A DNA stretch of 64,000 nucleotides from Monocercomonoides exilis PA203 (GCA_001643675.2 LSRY02000009.1:1893335-1957334); one strand, 5' to 3'. Numbered from the stretch's first letter, positions 12,538 to 26,716 are shown. Numbers and translations are program-made. The notes: generated from the sequence alone by a model not told the origin.

Positions 12538-13970
12538 TTGGTGAGTGAATCGGATTTCTCATCTTTTTGTGTTTCATCAGCCCCGTTTCTGGCACCTCCC
12601 CTGACACCCCTTGTGACGCTCAGCCAGCTGACCTTCTTCAACATCTCCACAAACCCACAGAAAACAAGGCAACTGGGAGAAGGGATGAGCCAAACATCAT
12701 TTCTGATGAGTGGATGCTCATTTTCATCAGTGTGGGATGTGTATGATGGGGGCGTTGTACCCTCACTAAACAACCCTTCATCTTCCCTAGATGCTTCGAA
12801 CACCTCATTTGTCGGATGTATTCGCTCTCAGAATGTTGCAATCAGCGGGAGTGAGGGGAATCCATCGAAACCAGCGAGACAACAGATAGCAGACAATGGG
12901 GCGAATTCGTTCTCCTGGTGTGTGTGGAATGGGTCAAAAACAACTGGGACAAGTGGATCTAATACAGATGGAGTTTCGAGTGGAGGGGCGATTAATATGT
13001 ATAATCTGGGATCGGGAACACTATCAGTGAAATTTTGTTCGTTCAATGACTGCACTGCATATTGGGATGGTGGAGGAATTTTGTGTGCTTCTATCAATTC
13101 TATCCGGATAGAGAACAACTCGTTCAATGCTTGTACAGCAAATAATTATTATGGAGGAGGAATATTTGCTGAATCAATTTCATCATGTGTCAGGATCAGT
13201 GGGTTCGAGTTCCAGAAATGCAAAGCAGTTAATAATGGAGGAGGGCTTTATCTTAATTCTTTTCAGATTTCGGAATCCGGCTGTATTGGAACAGAAAACA
13301 GCAAAGGGGAAAGCGCTTGCGTATTTGAGTGTTTCTTCACTTCATGTTCACTTTCAATCACAGGCGGTGGAGGAATGTATTGTCCTACTGTTCCTGCAAC
13401 GCAATTCAAAATGAGGAGCGTTCAGTTTATTCCATGTTCCGCCAGGCAAGAGGGTGGAGGGTTGTCCTTCAGACAAGAAAAAACAGAAAAGCCAGACAAT
13501 GGAATTTATTGCTATTTTTTGTTTTTTCATGAATGCAGTTGCAAGGATGCAACCAATCCACGTGGACATGACGTTGAGTGTGTCGATACGCACAATCTGT
13601 ATTTGGATTCAGGAAATCCATTCCATGAATGTTACACCACATACACAGATAACAGAAGGATCTGCTTTACATACAATTATGCAGATGCAAGTTCTTGGAC
13701 ATTTGATCAAACATCAAAAAAAATTGGCTGAAGGACAAGACGATTTATGTTTCGGTGAATGGAAATGATACATCTCTACTTTGTGGGGCAAATACAACAA
13801 ATCCGTGCCTGACAGTGAAGAAAGCGTTTGAGGTGTGTGAGGTACAGATTAGCTTGACAATCACGCTGATGGACGGGAGTCACACAAGCGAAGCAATGAC
13901 TATTGAGATTGGAGAAAAGAAGATTTCGTTCGTTGGTAAGAAAAGGAAGCACTTTGTTACAAATATCTGA
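12538..13970 (+). pseudogene. Fragment of a Cys/Gly-rich beta-helix (pectin-lyase/autotransporter-like) surface protein family
   Basis: Repeated 'CSFNDCTA...GGGI' and 'FNAC.A...GGGI' units. A frameshift in the A-run near 13715-13722 continues as IYVSVNGND..CG....PCLTV. Truncated near 13950. Confidence 0.7.
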
Positions 13971-15592
13971 AAAGAATGAGATTGAGGAAGGGAAGAAGAA
14001 GAATCAAAAAAAAAAAGAACAAACAGATGCAAGGCTGAAGGGTAAGAGGAACGGATTTTTTGGAAAAATAAGTTTTGTCCAAAAACAACAGATGATAAAG
14101 AACAAGTTGGATAAAAAAAATTAACAGATAAATCTCTTTCAAGTATATTCATCTTATGGCTTATTGAATTTTCGTTTCATTTTATCATCCATTTAGTATT
14201 ATTGTTGTTAGTGTCAAAGATGATAAATCTTTCATTTGTCTTTCTGAGTTTGCCATTACATAGAGAATACAAAAAGATGAAGCACTGGCATTTCACGTTA
14301 TTGCTCAGTCAAATTTTTGACTTATTTCGATGAATATTATGAATATTTGCAATTAAAAAAAATATATTTGGCTTTCATTGATTTCACTTGTTTTTCCTCA
14401 CCTTTTTTTGTTTGTTTTCTCATATTTTTCTTCATTTTTCCTGTTCCCTGATCATTATAAATAGAATAATTGTAATTGCTATTGCAAATCAAATGTTTTA
14501 AGATACATCAAATTTTTGTATTTTGTTTTTTGAGTTTTTCAATCAAACTTCTCAAAAAAGGAAAGGATCTCTTGAAATTTCAGATTAATTATTATTCTTC
14601 TCAATGACGAATGAAGTGTACATATCAAAAACAATAAACTTTTCTACAAAGTTATGATAAATGTTTTGTACGAAGAAATATGAAGATAACATTGAAAATT
14701 TAAGAAATTGTGTAAAAAAACATTGCAATGTCAGTGTTCTTCATTTTTCTCATCTCCTCAAAACCTAATCAATAATGTTCATGTTTCTTTCAATTTTTAT
14801 TTTCTCTTTTTGATTTACTTCCTCATTTATTCGTAATAAAATTTCGTAAACGTAAATTCTCTTGAAACACCCCAAACCACATTAAATCTAAAATAAATCG
14901 TTCTTAACATTCAAAAAGTCTAATAAAACGCAGCTTCCAAAATAAAAACCTTTCAATTTCTCTAAAATTATCAAAAATAAATCAATTATTTATTTTCTGA
15001 TGATAGCTCATACGGATCATCTAAAAAAAGTTATGCTATTATATCATACTCAAATTTAAATTATCTACAAACAATAATTAAACTTGTTGGGTTCTGTGAT
15101 ACCAAATAATTCAAATAAAAGAAATAACTCAAAAATTAAATGCAATAATGGAATTTTCAAATTTTTCTCAATTTCACTTATTATTCAATAATTCCTTCAC
15201 AATTCTTTTTCTATTTATTTATATATATGTATTTGAGATTATTTCTTTTCATACCACAATTCCTTAAAAAAAGATCTTTCTTCGAACAAAGTTACGATAT
15301 GAAAAATAATGACCCATATTCAAACAGTGAATTTTGACGGATAATATATTATTTCTAAAATAATTACACATATTAATAAAGAATAGCGTTCAGAAGCAGT
15401 GGCATAAAAATATAAATAAGATATTTGCGAATACAAAGATGAAAAAAATGGTGAAAATTTGAAATTTGTTTTGTTAATAAACACATTTGTAACTGCGAAG
15501 CATCTTATAACGCTATTGTAGTCTGGAATGAAAAAGACCATTTTGTTTTGTTTCTTTTTTATGTAATGATGGGACAAATTGATCATCGAAAT

Positions 15593-15882
15593 GGGTGATT
15601 CTTTTTGAAATCACAATTTTTAATTATTTGGATCTTAAAGATGTGTGATTCTTTTTGAAAAATCACAAATGTTTAATTTTCAAATACTTCAAATATTTCT
15701 TATTTTGCTCAAATTTCTGTTTCAGCTCACAAATCTCCTCAAGAATGTTTGAAATAACATTATCAAGTAATTGATTCCATTGAAGTGAAGTTTGATATTT
15801 GTCAACAAAATATTTGGGAAAATATAAAATTATTGAAGTATTTGAAAATTAAACATTTGTGACATTTCAAAAAGAATCACCC
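15593..15882. mobile_element. 290-bp MITE, GGG...CCC ends, 4-bp TSD AAAT (Sola2-like)
   Basis: TIR GGGTGATTCTTTTTGAAAT / ATTTCAAAAAGAATCACCC. The left arm is internally duplicated at ~15643. AAAT lies on both flanks. Confidence 0.75.
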
Positions 15883-16381
15883 AAATATTTACGAAATGAG
15901 ATAATAAAAAGATTCAAATGATCTGCATATTCACTGAATTGGTTTTTTGCAATTTTTTTCTATAAAAAAATGGAAAATTGGTGACGGACGTGTTCAATTT
16001 TAACTTCACGACGCTCAGTGTTATTTTTTAATAAAAGTTAGAAAATTCTTTCATTAAATGTTTGTCGAATGATAATTTTTATTTAAAAATAATAGACAAA
16101 ACAACAATTAAAACGACAAATATGCAGTTGATGTGAAAACAATGAGCAACATTCATTGCGTTTCGTTTTAACTAAAACCAGATATACCAATTTCAAACCA
16201 AACAAAAAAAATTATTCTCCTCTCAACATAAAAAATGATAAATATGGCTGATCCTTTTTGAAATCATACTTTAGTTCGAGTTTTGATAAAAAAAATTTTT
16301 TTTAAAAAGATTTTTGTTAAATTTTTGTTTCTGCAATAACAATATCATGAACAATAAGTGTTCCCTATTTCAACTCATTTT

Positions 16382-17416
16382 GGTATAATCCGAAGATATC
16401 GTCATCTTCAGATCTTATTGAAAATTTGTTGGTAATTCAACAATACATTGAACATTGTTATTATGCTATTGTCGCATGTCGGAAGTTAATGGTTTTGGAG
16501 AAAAAAATTTTTTTTTAATTTTTGTGATCAAAATAAATAATAGTGAAAAAAATATTAAGAGCGATATAATTCCATCAAATTTTAATGAAAAAAGTTGTAT
16601 CCGATAAAAATGATGTGAAATAATCATCAATTATAATTTTGAGGGTTCGATAAAAAAGCAATTTTTTTTCCCTTAGATCAAAAATTATTTTTCAATTAGA
16701 AATTTCACATTTATTTGTTTTTTTTTTTTTAAAATAAACATTGAAGATAAATCATTCTTCAATATTTTAAAATAAAAGTGCAAATGAATTTATTTAGATA
16801 TTCCTTTTTTTCAAAAAACTTGTGCTCAAAAATAAAAAATTTATTTTGATCAAAACCCAAAAAAATAAAAATAACAAATTATTGAGTGAAAATTTGAATA
16901 TAAAAAAAATTCATTTCCGAATCACAAAACAATTATATTCGTTATTGAAATAGGTTAAAAAGATTAAGTACAGATATCGTATAAAATACCGGACATCGCA
17001 CAAAATACCGGACAAGATCGATAACTCAATAACCGCAAGTGGAATAATTCTGACAATTTTCCTCAAAATATATCTCATCAATGCAAACTCATTTGATTAA
17101 CAAAACTTTCAAAATAGCTTCATTTGCGCTTAGGAAAAATTATAATTAAAATCTCGGAGAAATAGGATTTTGAGTCACTCCGAAATTTCAAGAATTATTT
17201 TTTCTGAGCACAAATGAAGCTGATTTGAGAGTTTTATTTATCAAATAAGTTTGCATTGATGAGATATATTTTGAGGAAAATTGTCAGAATTATTCCTCTT
17301 GCAGTTATTGAGAAATCGATCTTGTCTAGAATTTTGTGCGATGTCCAGTATTTTATGCGATATCTGTAATTACAAATATGTGAAATTTGAAGATGACGAT
17401 ATCTTCGGATCATGTC
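16382..17416 (-). mobile_element. Internally deleted Merlin derivative of the element at 37694-39192
   Basis: The first ~260 bp are essentially identical to 37694-37955. The right TIR TGAAGATGACGATATCTTCGGATCATGTC matches 39164-39192. No clean TSD. Confidence 0.85.
16971..17366. mobile_element. Foldback MITE (Tc1/mariner-like) nested in the Merlin derivative
   Basis: ~170-bp imperfect inverted arms with termini TA|CAGATATCG...CGATATCTG|TA, i.e. a TA target duplication. Confidence 0.8.
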
Positions 17417-17899
17417 AGTCGTTGTTGTTTATTTTTCGATTTTTATTTGAATCTTATTGAGTTTTCTTCAATTTTGAAAAAAAATAAAAAATAAATCCAA
17501 AAAAAAATAAAACTTAAATGAACAGTACAAAACCTAAGTATTCTGGTTTAAACATGTGTTTCTTTATGACCATTGACAATCAATTTTCGGTTTCTGACGG
17601 ACCGAGTTACGATTTTGTCCGTCAGAACCTTTTTTTCTTAGATATCATATTTTGTATTTAAATATTATTAATTAATTTTAATTTAAAAGAAGTTTTTCAA
17701 TATTATGTTTTTTCTTTGATAACTGACAAAAAGTCAATATCGGAATATTATGATCGTCAGACTGTCAGTTGTGTCAATGACCGTCTGTGATTTTCTGTGA
17801 TTAACTGCAAAAAAATATCAGTTTCCAGCACTTCAAAATAAAAATTAATGATAAATATCGAAAATTATACACATATTATTGATTGTTATTATTCACAAA

Positions 17900-19000
17900 C
17901 CACTTGAAAAAATATATTCATATCTTTGTTTTGAATGAAAAGAAGACATGTTGGATTTTCGAACTTTTCAATTCAAATATTAAGAATATATGATTTTGGA
18001 GATGTTTTTTTTCAAAAGAAAGATAGCTAATGAATGTGAAAAGAAATTCTCATTAAATCCGATTTCCATAACAATTTGGAGGAAGTCATATTCTCGATGA
18101 TTTATGGATTATTTCTTAAAGCGAAGAAAAATGTTGTTGAAAACGAAAGAGAACAAGAAATTATGATTGCATTTCGAAGTTTTGGATGTATTGTATGGAA
18201 GATTTAAATGTATTTTGATTTTTCAGATTTCATTATTCGTTTATCAGAAAGTCCAGAAAGAACTGACATTTATGAAACGATTGAAATAATTTTATTTCAT
18301 CAGGAGCATCACAATCTGACGCAACTTGCGTATCAGTGTACTTGGGACTTTTTGATCAACAGATTCTTCCATGATGACAGCTTGGAAGATACTTTTGTGA
18401 ATGAACTGCATTTTCCAAGAGATGAAAAAAGAGAGTTGGAAGTGATAATAGTGCATGTTGATATAAGAGAGGAAAAGAAGAGGAAAGAGAAAAAGAAACG
18501 AAAGAGAAGCTTCTTTTTATTCGATGACTTACAATAATTGACAATTACCTATCAACTTGTCAATTGTTGAATGAAGCATTTCTTGTGCTTATAAATCGTA
18601 TTGCAAAGGTGTTTCGAGCAACAAAGCATAATAAATAGATATTTGCGAGCAATCCATTAATTTGAAGAAGCTGCGAGCAATAGAGCCGCAGCAGCTGAAG
18701 TGTTTCTGAAAAGTGGGATAGTTGATGAACTTTTGAGGTAGTTTCATCGACAAATATTTTATAGTAAATGTCACATCAATGCTTTCACTTCTTCATGAAA
18801 ATTTCAAAAAGATTAAATGAAGAGGAGAAAAATGAATCGAAAGAAATGAAACGAAAAGAGTTGAAAAGGTAGATGCTTGAAAAGATGGAAGAAGAATGAT
18901 TTGAAGATATCATTTTAAGCTTTAATGGAATAATTTCTTATGTGAATGAAAAATATTATGATAATATGTCATTTAATTTTTCCAATCATTCATGAAAATT
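17900..19000 (+). pseudogene. Third, heavily degraded copy of the helical protein family
   Basis: HQEHHNLTQLAYQCTWDFL and NELHF in ORF 18208-18537; KMEEE*FEDII remnant near 18885; many stops. Boundaries are approximate. Confidence 0.75.
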
Positions 19001-19057
19001 TTATCAAATTCATTTCATTTAGTTACTAAAAAATGCAACATCTTTGTTTCGTTGGTT

Positions 19058-20541
19058 GGTTATTGCACAATATACGACCGTTTGAAATTCTGTTAAATAT
19101 AACAAATACATAGCACATTATATCTTTCTCGATCAATATTTTTTACAGATTTCTTGCGGAAACGTGAAAATTTTTAATTTCAAAAAAATGATCAAAATCC
19201 CATTTGCCTAAATAAACAGATAAAAAATTTTGTTTTTCAGTATTTATTATGAAACGAATAATGCGATTAAATAATAATGAGTGAAAGTTATTGTTTTTTT
19301 GTTTATTCTGGCTCATTTTCAGAATGTTCAGCCCCGTCACTTCCTTCCAAAGAATCATCAGAAGTTGCTTCATCTTCAGTAAACATGACAGGATCATCTT
19401 CTTCGTCATCATCTTCTTCATTGTCTTCCTCCTCTTCTTCAATAAATTCTTCTGGTTTGTATCTGCAAATCGCTTTGACAGTTTCTACAAATGATAGCTC
19501 TCTTGTCTTGCTAAAAACAAATGAGGATATGTAATCGTCAATAAATTTTTTTTTTATACCATTTTTAGGCATTTCCCTGCGAAACTGACTTCAATTGCCT
19601 TCAATCATATTCGTACAAATTTCGCTTTCTGGATCATGAAAGTGAAACTTGTGACAAACAATTTTATGTGTATACACTATCTCTTCCAAAGAGGCATACG
19701 CTTTCCATTCATCGCTATGAATTGTCGTTCCAGGCAAAATATTGGCTTTGATGATTAGTATAAGTGTGTTTTTTTTCCTGTTTGCAACAAGAACGATAAA
19801 AAATTTTCCATTTTTCCTTCTGGATTTCTTTGAACTGCTCAAAATAACCATATTTGCTTTTTTAAACTTCCTTTGTGAAATTTCCTTTTGTGCAAAATCG
19901 CCTCGTCTATTTCTACGATTGAATCCAGACCTCTTAGTGGTTCAAATGAATTCACTGCAATTTTGGACATAGAAGCTGCACCCAAAGAATAATAAAAACC
20001 TGCAGTATTCCTATGAATTCCAAGAAGAAGAGAGGTTTGAGTAATTGATAATTTTATCCATTTATATAACAAGATGTGCATGATTTTGTTTAATCCGACT
20101 TTTTGATTTTCAATGGATAAACCTGCAAGTAAACTAATTGTTCTGTCACATCTGTAGCATCTCCATTGTCTTGAGTTAGGATTTCTTTTACATAAAGACA
20201 TTTCTCTTCTGCATTGTCTGCACTCTTTGTATCTTGCATCCAAAACATCCCTTTGAAACCAGTCCCATGTATCATCAGTACTGTGGAACATTTTGTTCAG
20301 ATGATGTATTTTCATTTCATGATCTTCCATTTCCATTAAAAACAATTGATATTTTGAAAATGTGTTGATCAAAAAATTTGATCATTCCCACTAAACATAT
20401 TTGTATTTACTGATTTTATTTTTAATTTTTTGTGAGTTTCCGCATTAATTTATAATTTTAAAATAGTGTGTGTGTTTGTAATATATCTCAATAAACCTTT
20501 TCATGAAATATCCAAGCCGGTCGTATATTGTGCAATTAACC
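19058..20541 (-). mobile_element. Merlin (IS1595/ISXO2-like DDE) DNA transposon, frameshifted
   Basis: Zn-ribbon (CRQC...CYRC), VEIDEA, TIHSDEWKAY, VCH and TNMIEG across ORFs 19839-20372 and 19591-19851, with an acidic tail in 19303-19572. TIR GGTTA(A)TTGCACAATATACGACCG. Flanking duplication (C)GTTGGTT. Confidence 0.92.
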
Positions 20542-23500
20542 GTTGGTTTTGTAATTTAACAACACTTTTGATGTGATTCGAATAAACGATAACTTAAAAT
20601 GTATTATTTTATATTTGTCAGATTATTCACAATTTGTTTGAGGAAACAAGTTGGAGCTTGTTTGTGAACACCTAAATTTTATTTTTATTTCTTTTTATAT
20701 GCATTTCGCATAATCGATAACAAAAATTCATTCAAAAGTGTTTTATTTTCATTTATTCTTCTCTTACCAAAAAAGTGAAACGATAAAAAAAGAATCATCA
20801 AGAATATTTATTTTATGCTGTCTTTTTCAATTCTTCAATAAATCTCTCTTTTCATCACAAATCCAACAAAGAAATAATCTAATTGTCTTGATAACTGGAT
20901 ATCCTTTCGTCACTTCCATTGCTTTGCTTTTACACTGTCTTCTCTGCTCCTTATTTTTCTGCATCCAAATAAGTGCTCGGCTCAACGCTTCAGCAAGAAT
21001 TGTAGCGAACGGATCCAAGTGCTGAAGAAGACGCAGATGAGAATTACTTGCAGAATCCAGAGCAAAGAAAGAAAGAAAAAGAAGAAGCGAAATCAAAAAT
21101 GCAATAAACCGCAAATCGATGGAAGCTTAAATTAATGAGTTGACTTCTGCCTTTGAAAGTGCTGCAATCCAGTCACCTGGATCTTGTTTTCTGTCACTTC
21201 ACTTGTGTGCTTGTCCGCCTTGCTCCTGAAAAGTCGATCTTCTAATTTCCTCTTTATTTTCCTCTTTTTCATCTTCTGCACCAAACTTCATTTCTCTTTC
21301 TGCTTCGGCTCTCTAACACTTTCCAAGAAAAAAATTCATTTGTGGCTTCCTCATTCGCTCAATCATTCCAATAAAGCATTCCAGTCACATCCTGCACAAT
21401 CCCCAAGAGCAGCAGCAAATAATTAAACAGATCAAACAGATTAAGAAGATATGTGGCTTTGAATTCTCATCATATTTGATCCCACTCCTGCTCCTTGCGC
21501 CGTATCATACGAAGGTGATGAAAGCAGAGAGATTTGAGAAATTGAGAATACTCCAATAACATCAAATCACACATCAAGGTGCTTCGAAGCGTTTCCTGCA
21601 AAAGTTCACTCGCACAATTTGCCATGCACAAAGAGGAAATGATTAGCATCTGTATTTGTCAATAAACTTTGCAGATTGAATTCTAAAGGAACGAATTCAC
21701 ATGTATTTATCAAATGCAGTTCTTGAAATTGAATAATGGTTTAAAAAAATTTCTATTTCTTTTTTGAAAAATTGTTTCGTTGAAAAAATGAGTCAGAATA
21801 ATTAATAAATTGAAATTTGTTATTATTAAGTTAAAGATATTGCATTTATAAAATTAACTGAAAAATTTTATTTACTGACAAGTATTTTCAATCACTTAAT
21901 TACGTGACAATTAAAATTTTTTTGTAACACATGTTTATTCTGGTTTTAAAAACACGATAACAATAATTACGATAACGTGATAAAGTGATCTCATTTCCAA
22001 ATATTTGTTAAATAATGTTATTGAAAATGAAAAAAATTAGATTGGTTGAAATCGATTATATAAAATGAAATCTGTCAACTTTCAACAGTTTATCAGCTAA
22101 TTCGCAATCGTCATTTCCATCAGTTGTTTCTCCATCAAATGCATCGATTTGCTTCCCTTCCGAAAAATGTGATATGGGTAATTATTTTTGGGATCATACT
22201 TTTTTTCGGGATAAGTTAAAGATTATGAAAAAACAGTTTTCAAACATCAAAAATGCTTTCAGGCATCATGAATAATATCAATCATCAAACTTCAAGTCAA
22301 CAATAATGAAAGAAAAATAGTTTATATATGATTGTTATTGGATGACCATTATAAAAAACGCAACTTGTTTAATATTTGTCTTTTTTGATGAAAAACAATT
22401 TTTACGGTTCGCACATATTTCATGAATGTTTATGATCAATAATGATGATGTTGCGCAATCCAATAGAAATGCAATCATTTCAATTTGGAAAAATTTTGTC
22501 AAATGTTTCTGTTTTATATAATCGTGAACAAAAATGAAAAACAAAACCACTTTATTGTTTGTTTCAAATATGCAACAACACTGTCTATTATTGTGTCAAA
22601 CTTTGCAATAAATTGAGTGTCAGTTGTTTATAAATCTTTTAATTCTCTCATTTAACCGAATATTATTGTTGTGATAACAGTTTCATTGAATTCCATATAT
22701 TTCTCGTTTTTATTTTTTCTTTTCTTTAAAACTGGATTTTTATTCTTCACAATAATTATCAATTCGCAGTTAAAAAAATGCTAATAATGTTTTTTAAAAA
22801 TACAATATGTCTGTGTTTCTAAGTCCAAAAGAAAAATTGTAACAATATTGAATTTGAGACTCATTTTATCAAATAAATTTATTGCAAACAGTTCATTTCA
22901 AAGTGAGACATTTTGAGATAATTTCACTCCATAAACAGTTACTATAAAGTTCTTTTTATAATTGCATTTCTTTTTCTTTTTTTTTATCTCTCACTCTCTC
23001 TTTTTTCTTCTCATTCTTTTCTTCAGTGCCTTCTTTGGCCTTCTCTTCTTTTCAGCCTTTCGCTTCTTTCTCATGTTTCTCTTCTGACTATCCTTGCTTA
23101 TCTTTTTCTTTTCCATCATCTGGGCTATTTCCTAAAATTCCTTATCTTTTTGCTCTTCTCTCTTCTCTCTTCCTCTTCTCTTCCTTTAATTATTCTGTTT
23201 TCGCTTTCTCTCTCTCTTTTCCAGCTGCTTCACAAAATTTTCTTGATGCACCTTCAGAAGCATCAATAACGATGATATTGTGTGCAGATCCTGCCAAAAC
23301 GGTAGTTCAAGCCTCCTTTCTTTTTCCTCGCTTTCTCTCCCTGCCTCTCTTTCATCCCTTCTTCAATGGTTTCCATGAATCATCACAGAAGGAAGTGGTG
23401 CATGTGATGTGCTCATCTGCATCTGGAAAATGAATAGTTCTGGTTGCAGAAGGCCAAGAAGTGTTTGTTGAAATTTTTATTGTTCTCTATTTTTGGAGAA

Positions 23501-26500
23501 AAGACGGAAGTGAAATTGTATCTTCGTTGGAAGGGCAGAGGAAGCGAATTTGCGCGATGAGAGCGGCTTGAATAGCTGAGATGTCACGCAGGAGATGAGA
23601 TAGGAAAATTGCATATTCTGAAAAGAGTCAAAAAAATCATGGATAAGAAAGAAGAAGAAGAAGAAGAAATGTGAAAACAACAAATAATAAAGTTGTTTCA
23701 TGAAAGCACAAAATTTCTAATTAGAAAAAAATCTATTCTGATCCTTCAGTACATATACATAAAATAAAAAGTTTCGAAAATCATACTTAATAACTCCAAA
23801 AAAATGCTATTATTACCAATCACACATATTTCACATTTCTGTTCGTCTGTCTTTGCCACATCTCCTCTAAAATCCGTCCATAATGAGAAATATGTAAAAA
23901 TTGTTAAGTCAATTATCTTTACAGTAAACTTTTGAAGATGTTTGCACCAGATAACCTCAAATTTGAAGCATCTGCAAAAGAATAAGGAGAAGTTGAAACA
24001 GGAGAAGAAGAAAATATTGGATATGCCTGAGAAGTTTGACTGATCGGGGAGCTCACAAACTGTGGCAGCTTTTCGTTCTGCACAAATTCTTTGCTTGACT
24101 CGTTCTCCTTCTTCAAAATCCTCTTTTTCTCTTCAATGCGTCTCCTCAACTCTGATTTCTAATTCAACTTCTCAGTCATCTTCTCGCCTGTCTTTTCTCC
24201 TTCATTCAGCTTCCTCAGCTCCTCATGAAGTTTTGCCTTTTCCTTTTCTGTATGCTCTTTCCTGAACCTCTTCAACTTCCTTGTCACTTTTAATAACTCT
24301 CCATTCCACTTTGTCATCTCCTGTTCCACAAATTTTATAGAATAGTATCATGTACTGCTTCATAACAGACACAAGCTCGTCAAAGGAGGAGATTATCTCT
24401 TGAAAGTTGACAAGCTGAATTTTGTTGACCAAACTGGTTTTTTAACTTGGAAGGAAAGAGGCTGCATTGGCTACTCATGGATGATATTGTAAATTGAAAA
24501 AGTGGATGGAAGCGAGGTTAGATGATAAACAGTGTTCACTAATATGTCTTGTGGGCTGCTTTTACAGTTTGTGACTTCTGAGACACATCTGCAAAAAGAT
24601 GAACTGTGGTAATAACTTTTGAGGTATTTGACTTTTCTGAGTTCTTTGCTTTCTACTCCTCCTCTCTCTGCATAATCTCTCGTTTGTACTCCTCAATCAT
24701 CATTCTCCTCTTTTCTTTGTTGTTCCATACCAGCTTTTTCATTTGCTCCTCAAAACGCTATTCCTCCCAGAATATCATCGTTAGCAACAACATTAACAAC
24801 AAGTGAGTCAAATGCAACGTAAGTTTCGCCTTGGTAAGTGTATAAATATTGTGTATTGACATTGGTTTATACATATAATGCTTCAGGTTCGTATCATTCT
24901 CCTTCTTCTCATGCATCTGCTGCATTTCGGTCTTCAGCTTCTCCTCTCCATCATCCCCCGGTAGCCACAGTTAGTCAACAAGATACTTTTTTTCCACTTC
25001 ATGAAATATTTGCTTCCACGAAGCCACTTCGATTGCCTTATCGTCTTCTCTCCTTCCGTCTTCTTTCCATTCGCTTTGCACCAATCGCAGTGCCCTCATC
25101 TCATTCGCTGCCTCGTGGTGTTGTAGCTCGATTTCTGAGTCCTTCTTCTTTTCTTTTTCTCTTTCTTTCTCATTCATTATATCTTATGAGCAATTTCTCA
25201 ACGCGCATTGCACTCATCTCACGTTGTTGATCTCTGTGAATGTCTTTCCTTACAATCTGACAGAGAAAATTTGAAAATCTTGACGAAAAATAATTGGCGC
25301 CTGCGCCGTTATCGTATCGCTGATGCTGTAACATAAGATTATTTTCTTCTTTGGAATGAAGAGGAGGAGGAAAATAAAAGGAGGAGGAGAAGAGGAGGAG
25401 TAGAAGAGGAAAGAGAAGGAAGAGAAGAAGAAAAAAAAACCAGATTATTTGAGAATACAACTAAAGTTAGATCAGATGGAGAAGAAGAAGACATGAAATT
25501 TCATTATTAAAGTTGTCATTAGTGAATTTCACAAATAAGTTAAACACTATCACTCACAAAACGGGAACAAAGAAACTTTCCTTGAAAATATTATTATATG
25601 AATAACATTTATTCTTATCATCAAAAAAAAGCAATTCAGATCACATATATGTAAAGAAAGAAAAAGAAAGAAAAATCTTTTTTCAAATATTAGTGTAAAT
25701 GCGCTCAAACAAAAAAACGAAAAAATGATGAATAAAGCTTAATCAGCTTCATGATAAATCGAAGCAATATGATGTCAATAACAAACTCCGTCATAAGATT
25801 CCCGTCGATTTTTCTGTGATTTGTACATAATATTCAAAAGCTATGTTTTCAATTGGATGCTCATCTTTGGACTTTCCTTCGCTCTCTGAATTCTGTTCTT
25901 TTTTTCGGATTCTTTTATCTCCGTTCCTTTCTTCGTTCATTTTCACTTATTTCCTTATTAACAAAACATTTATCTTTGCATTCAAAATCTTCTTTGCATC
26001 AAAAAGTGAATTCCAAAAAATATTTTTGTCTCTATTGAAGTGTAATTCATCATTTAGGTAATATTTATGAATCTTTTTTAGCGTTTTTCCGTGCTTCAAA
26101 AACGCTTCGCAGGCATTTCAATTTTCTGAAAAGAAAGCGTTACAGCAAATTGTTGAAAAGCAACAGTTGTATTTATAAATCATTCACAATTGATTTTTTA
26201 AACAGAATATTATATTGTTGCAATGAAAACAAACTATATGAATTACCTTTTTGATCAATGTCAATAGATAAATCATTCAATGATTCACTCCTCAATTGAG
26301 AATTATTTATACAAATATTATCGTTTATTCAAAGCAAAATCAACAAAAGTTCTGGTTTTTATTTCAACGTTCCTTAAATTACTAATCCAATCTGCTCTGA
26401 AAATGTGTAGAAAACTTGTGAATAATTACTCAATATTAATATTATACTTCTCTTGATCTTTTAACTGAACAAAAAATTAATTGAAAAACGAATAAATAAA

Positions 26501-26630
26501 ATAGAAAGCAATGTGATACATTATAAAAAAACATCAAATGTCGACATTTGAAAAACAGAAAAAAAAACAAAACTAATGAAAAAAAAGAATTTAAATATTG
26601 AAACGAATTTATTAAATGATTGTCTGCCCT

Positions 26631-26716
26631 GGGAGGCTGATTATGGACCCAAAACCTTCAAGGGACTGTGCTGGACAGGTCACAGCACAGTCCCAGGACG
26701 GAATCAGCCTAGCCCC
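26631..26716. other. GC-rich nested stem-loop (candidate structured RNA/DNA)
   Basis: Perfect 12-bp stem GGGACTGTGCTG/CAGCACAGTCCC (26662-26673 / 26683-26694) inside a 9-bp stem AGGCTGATT/AATCAGCCT, in a very AT-rich context. Confidence 0.5.

Larger units (their letters stand above)
9534..15315. mobile_element. 5.8-kb non-autonomous TIR element with ~433-bp inverted repeats (Sola2-like ends), carrying host gene fragments
   Basis: 9534-9966 is the near-exact reverse complement of 14883-15315. Ends are GGG...CCC, flanked by ATAT on both sides. No transposase seen inside. Confidence 0.85.

Noticed and set aside
9984-12803. Hydrophobic F/L/S-rich ORFs resembling membrane proteins
   Set aside because: Translations of low-complexity GA/CT tracts.
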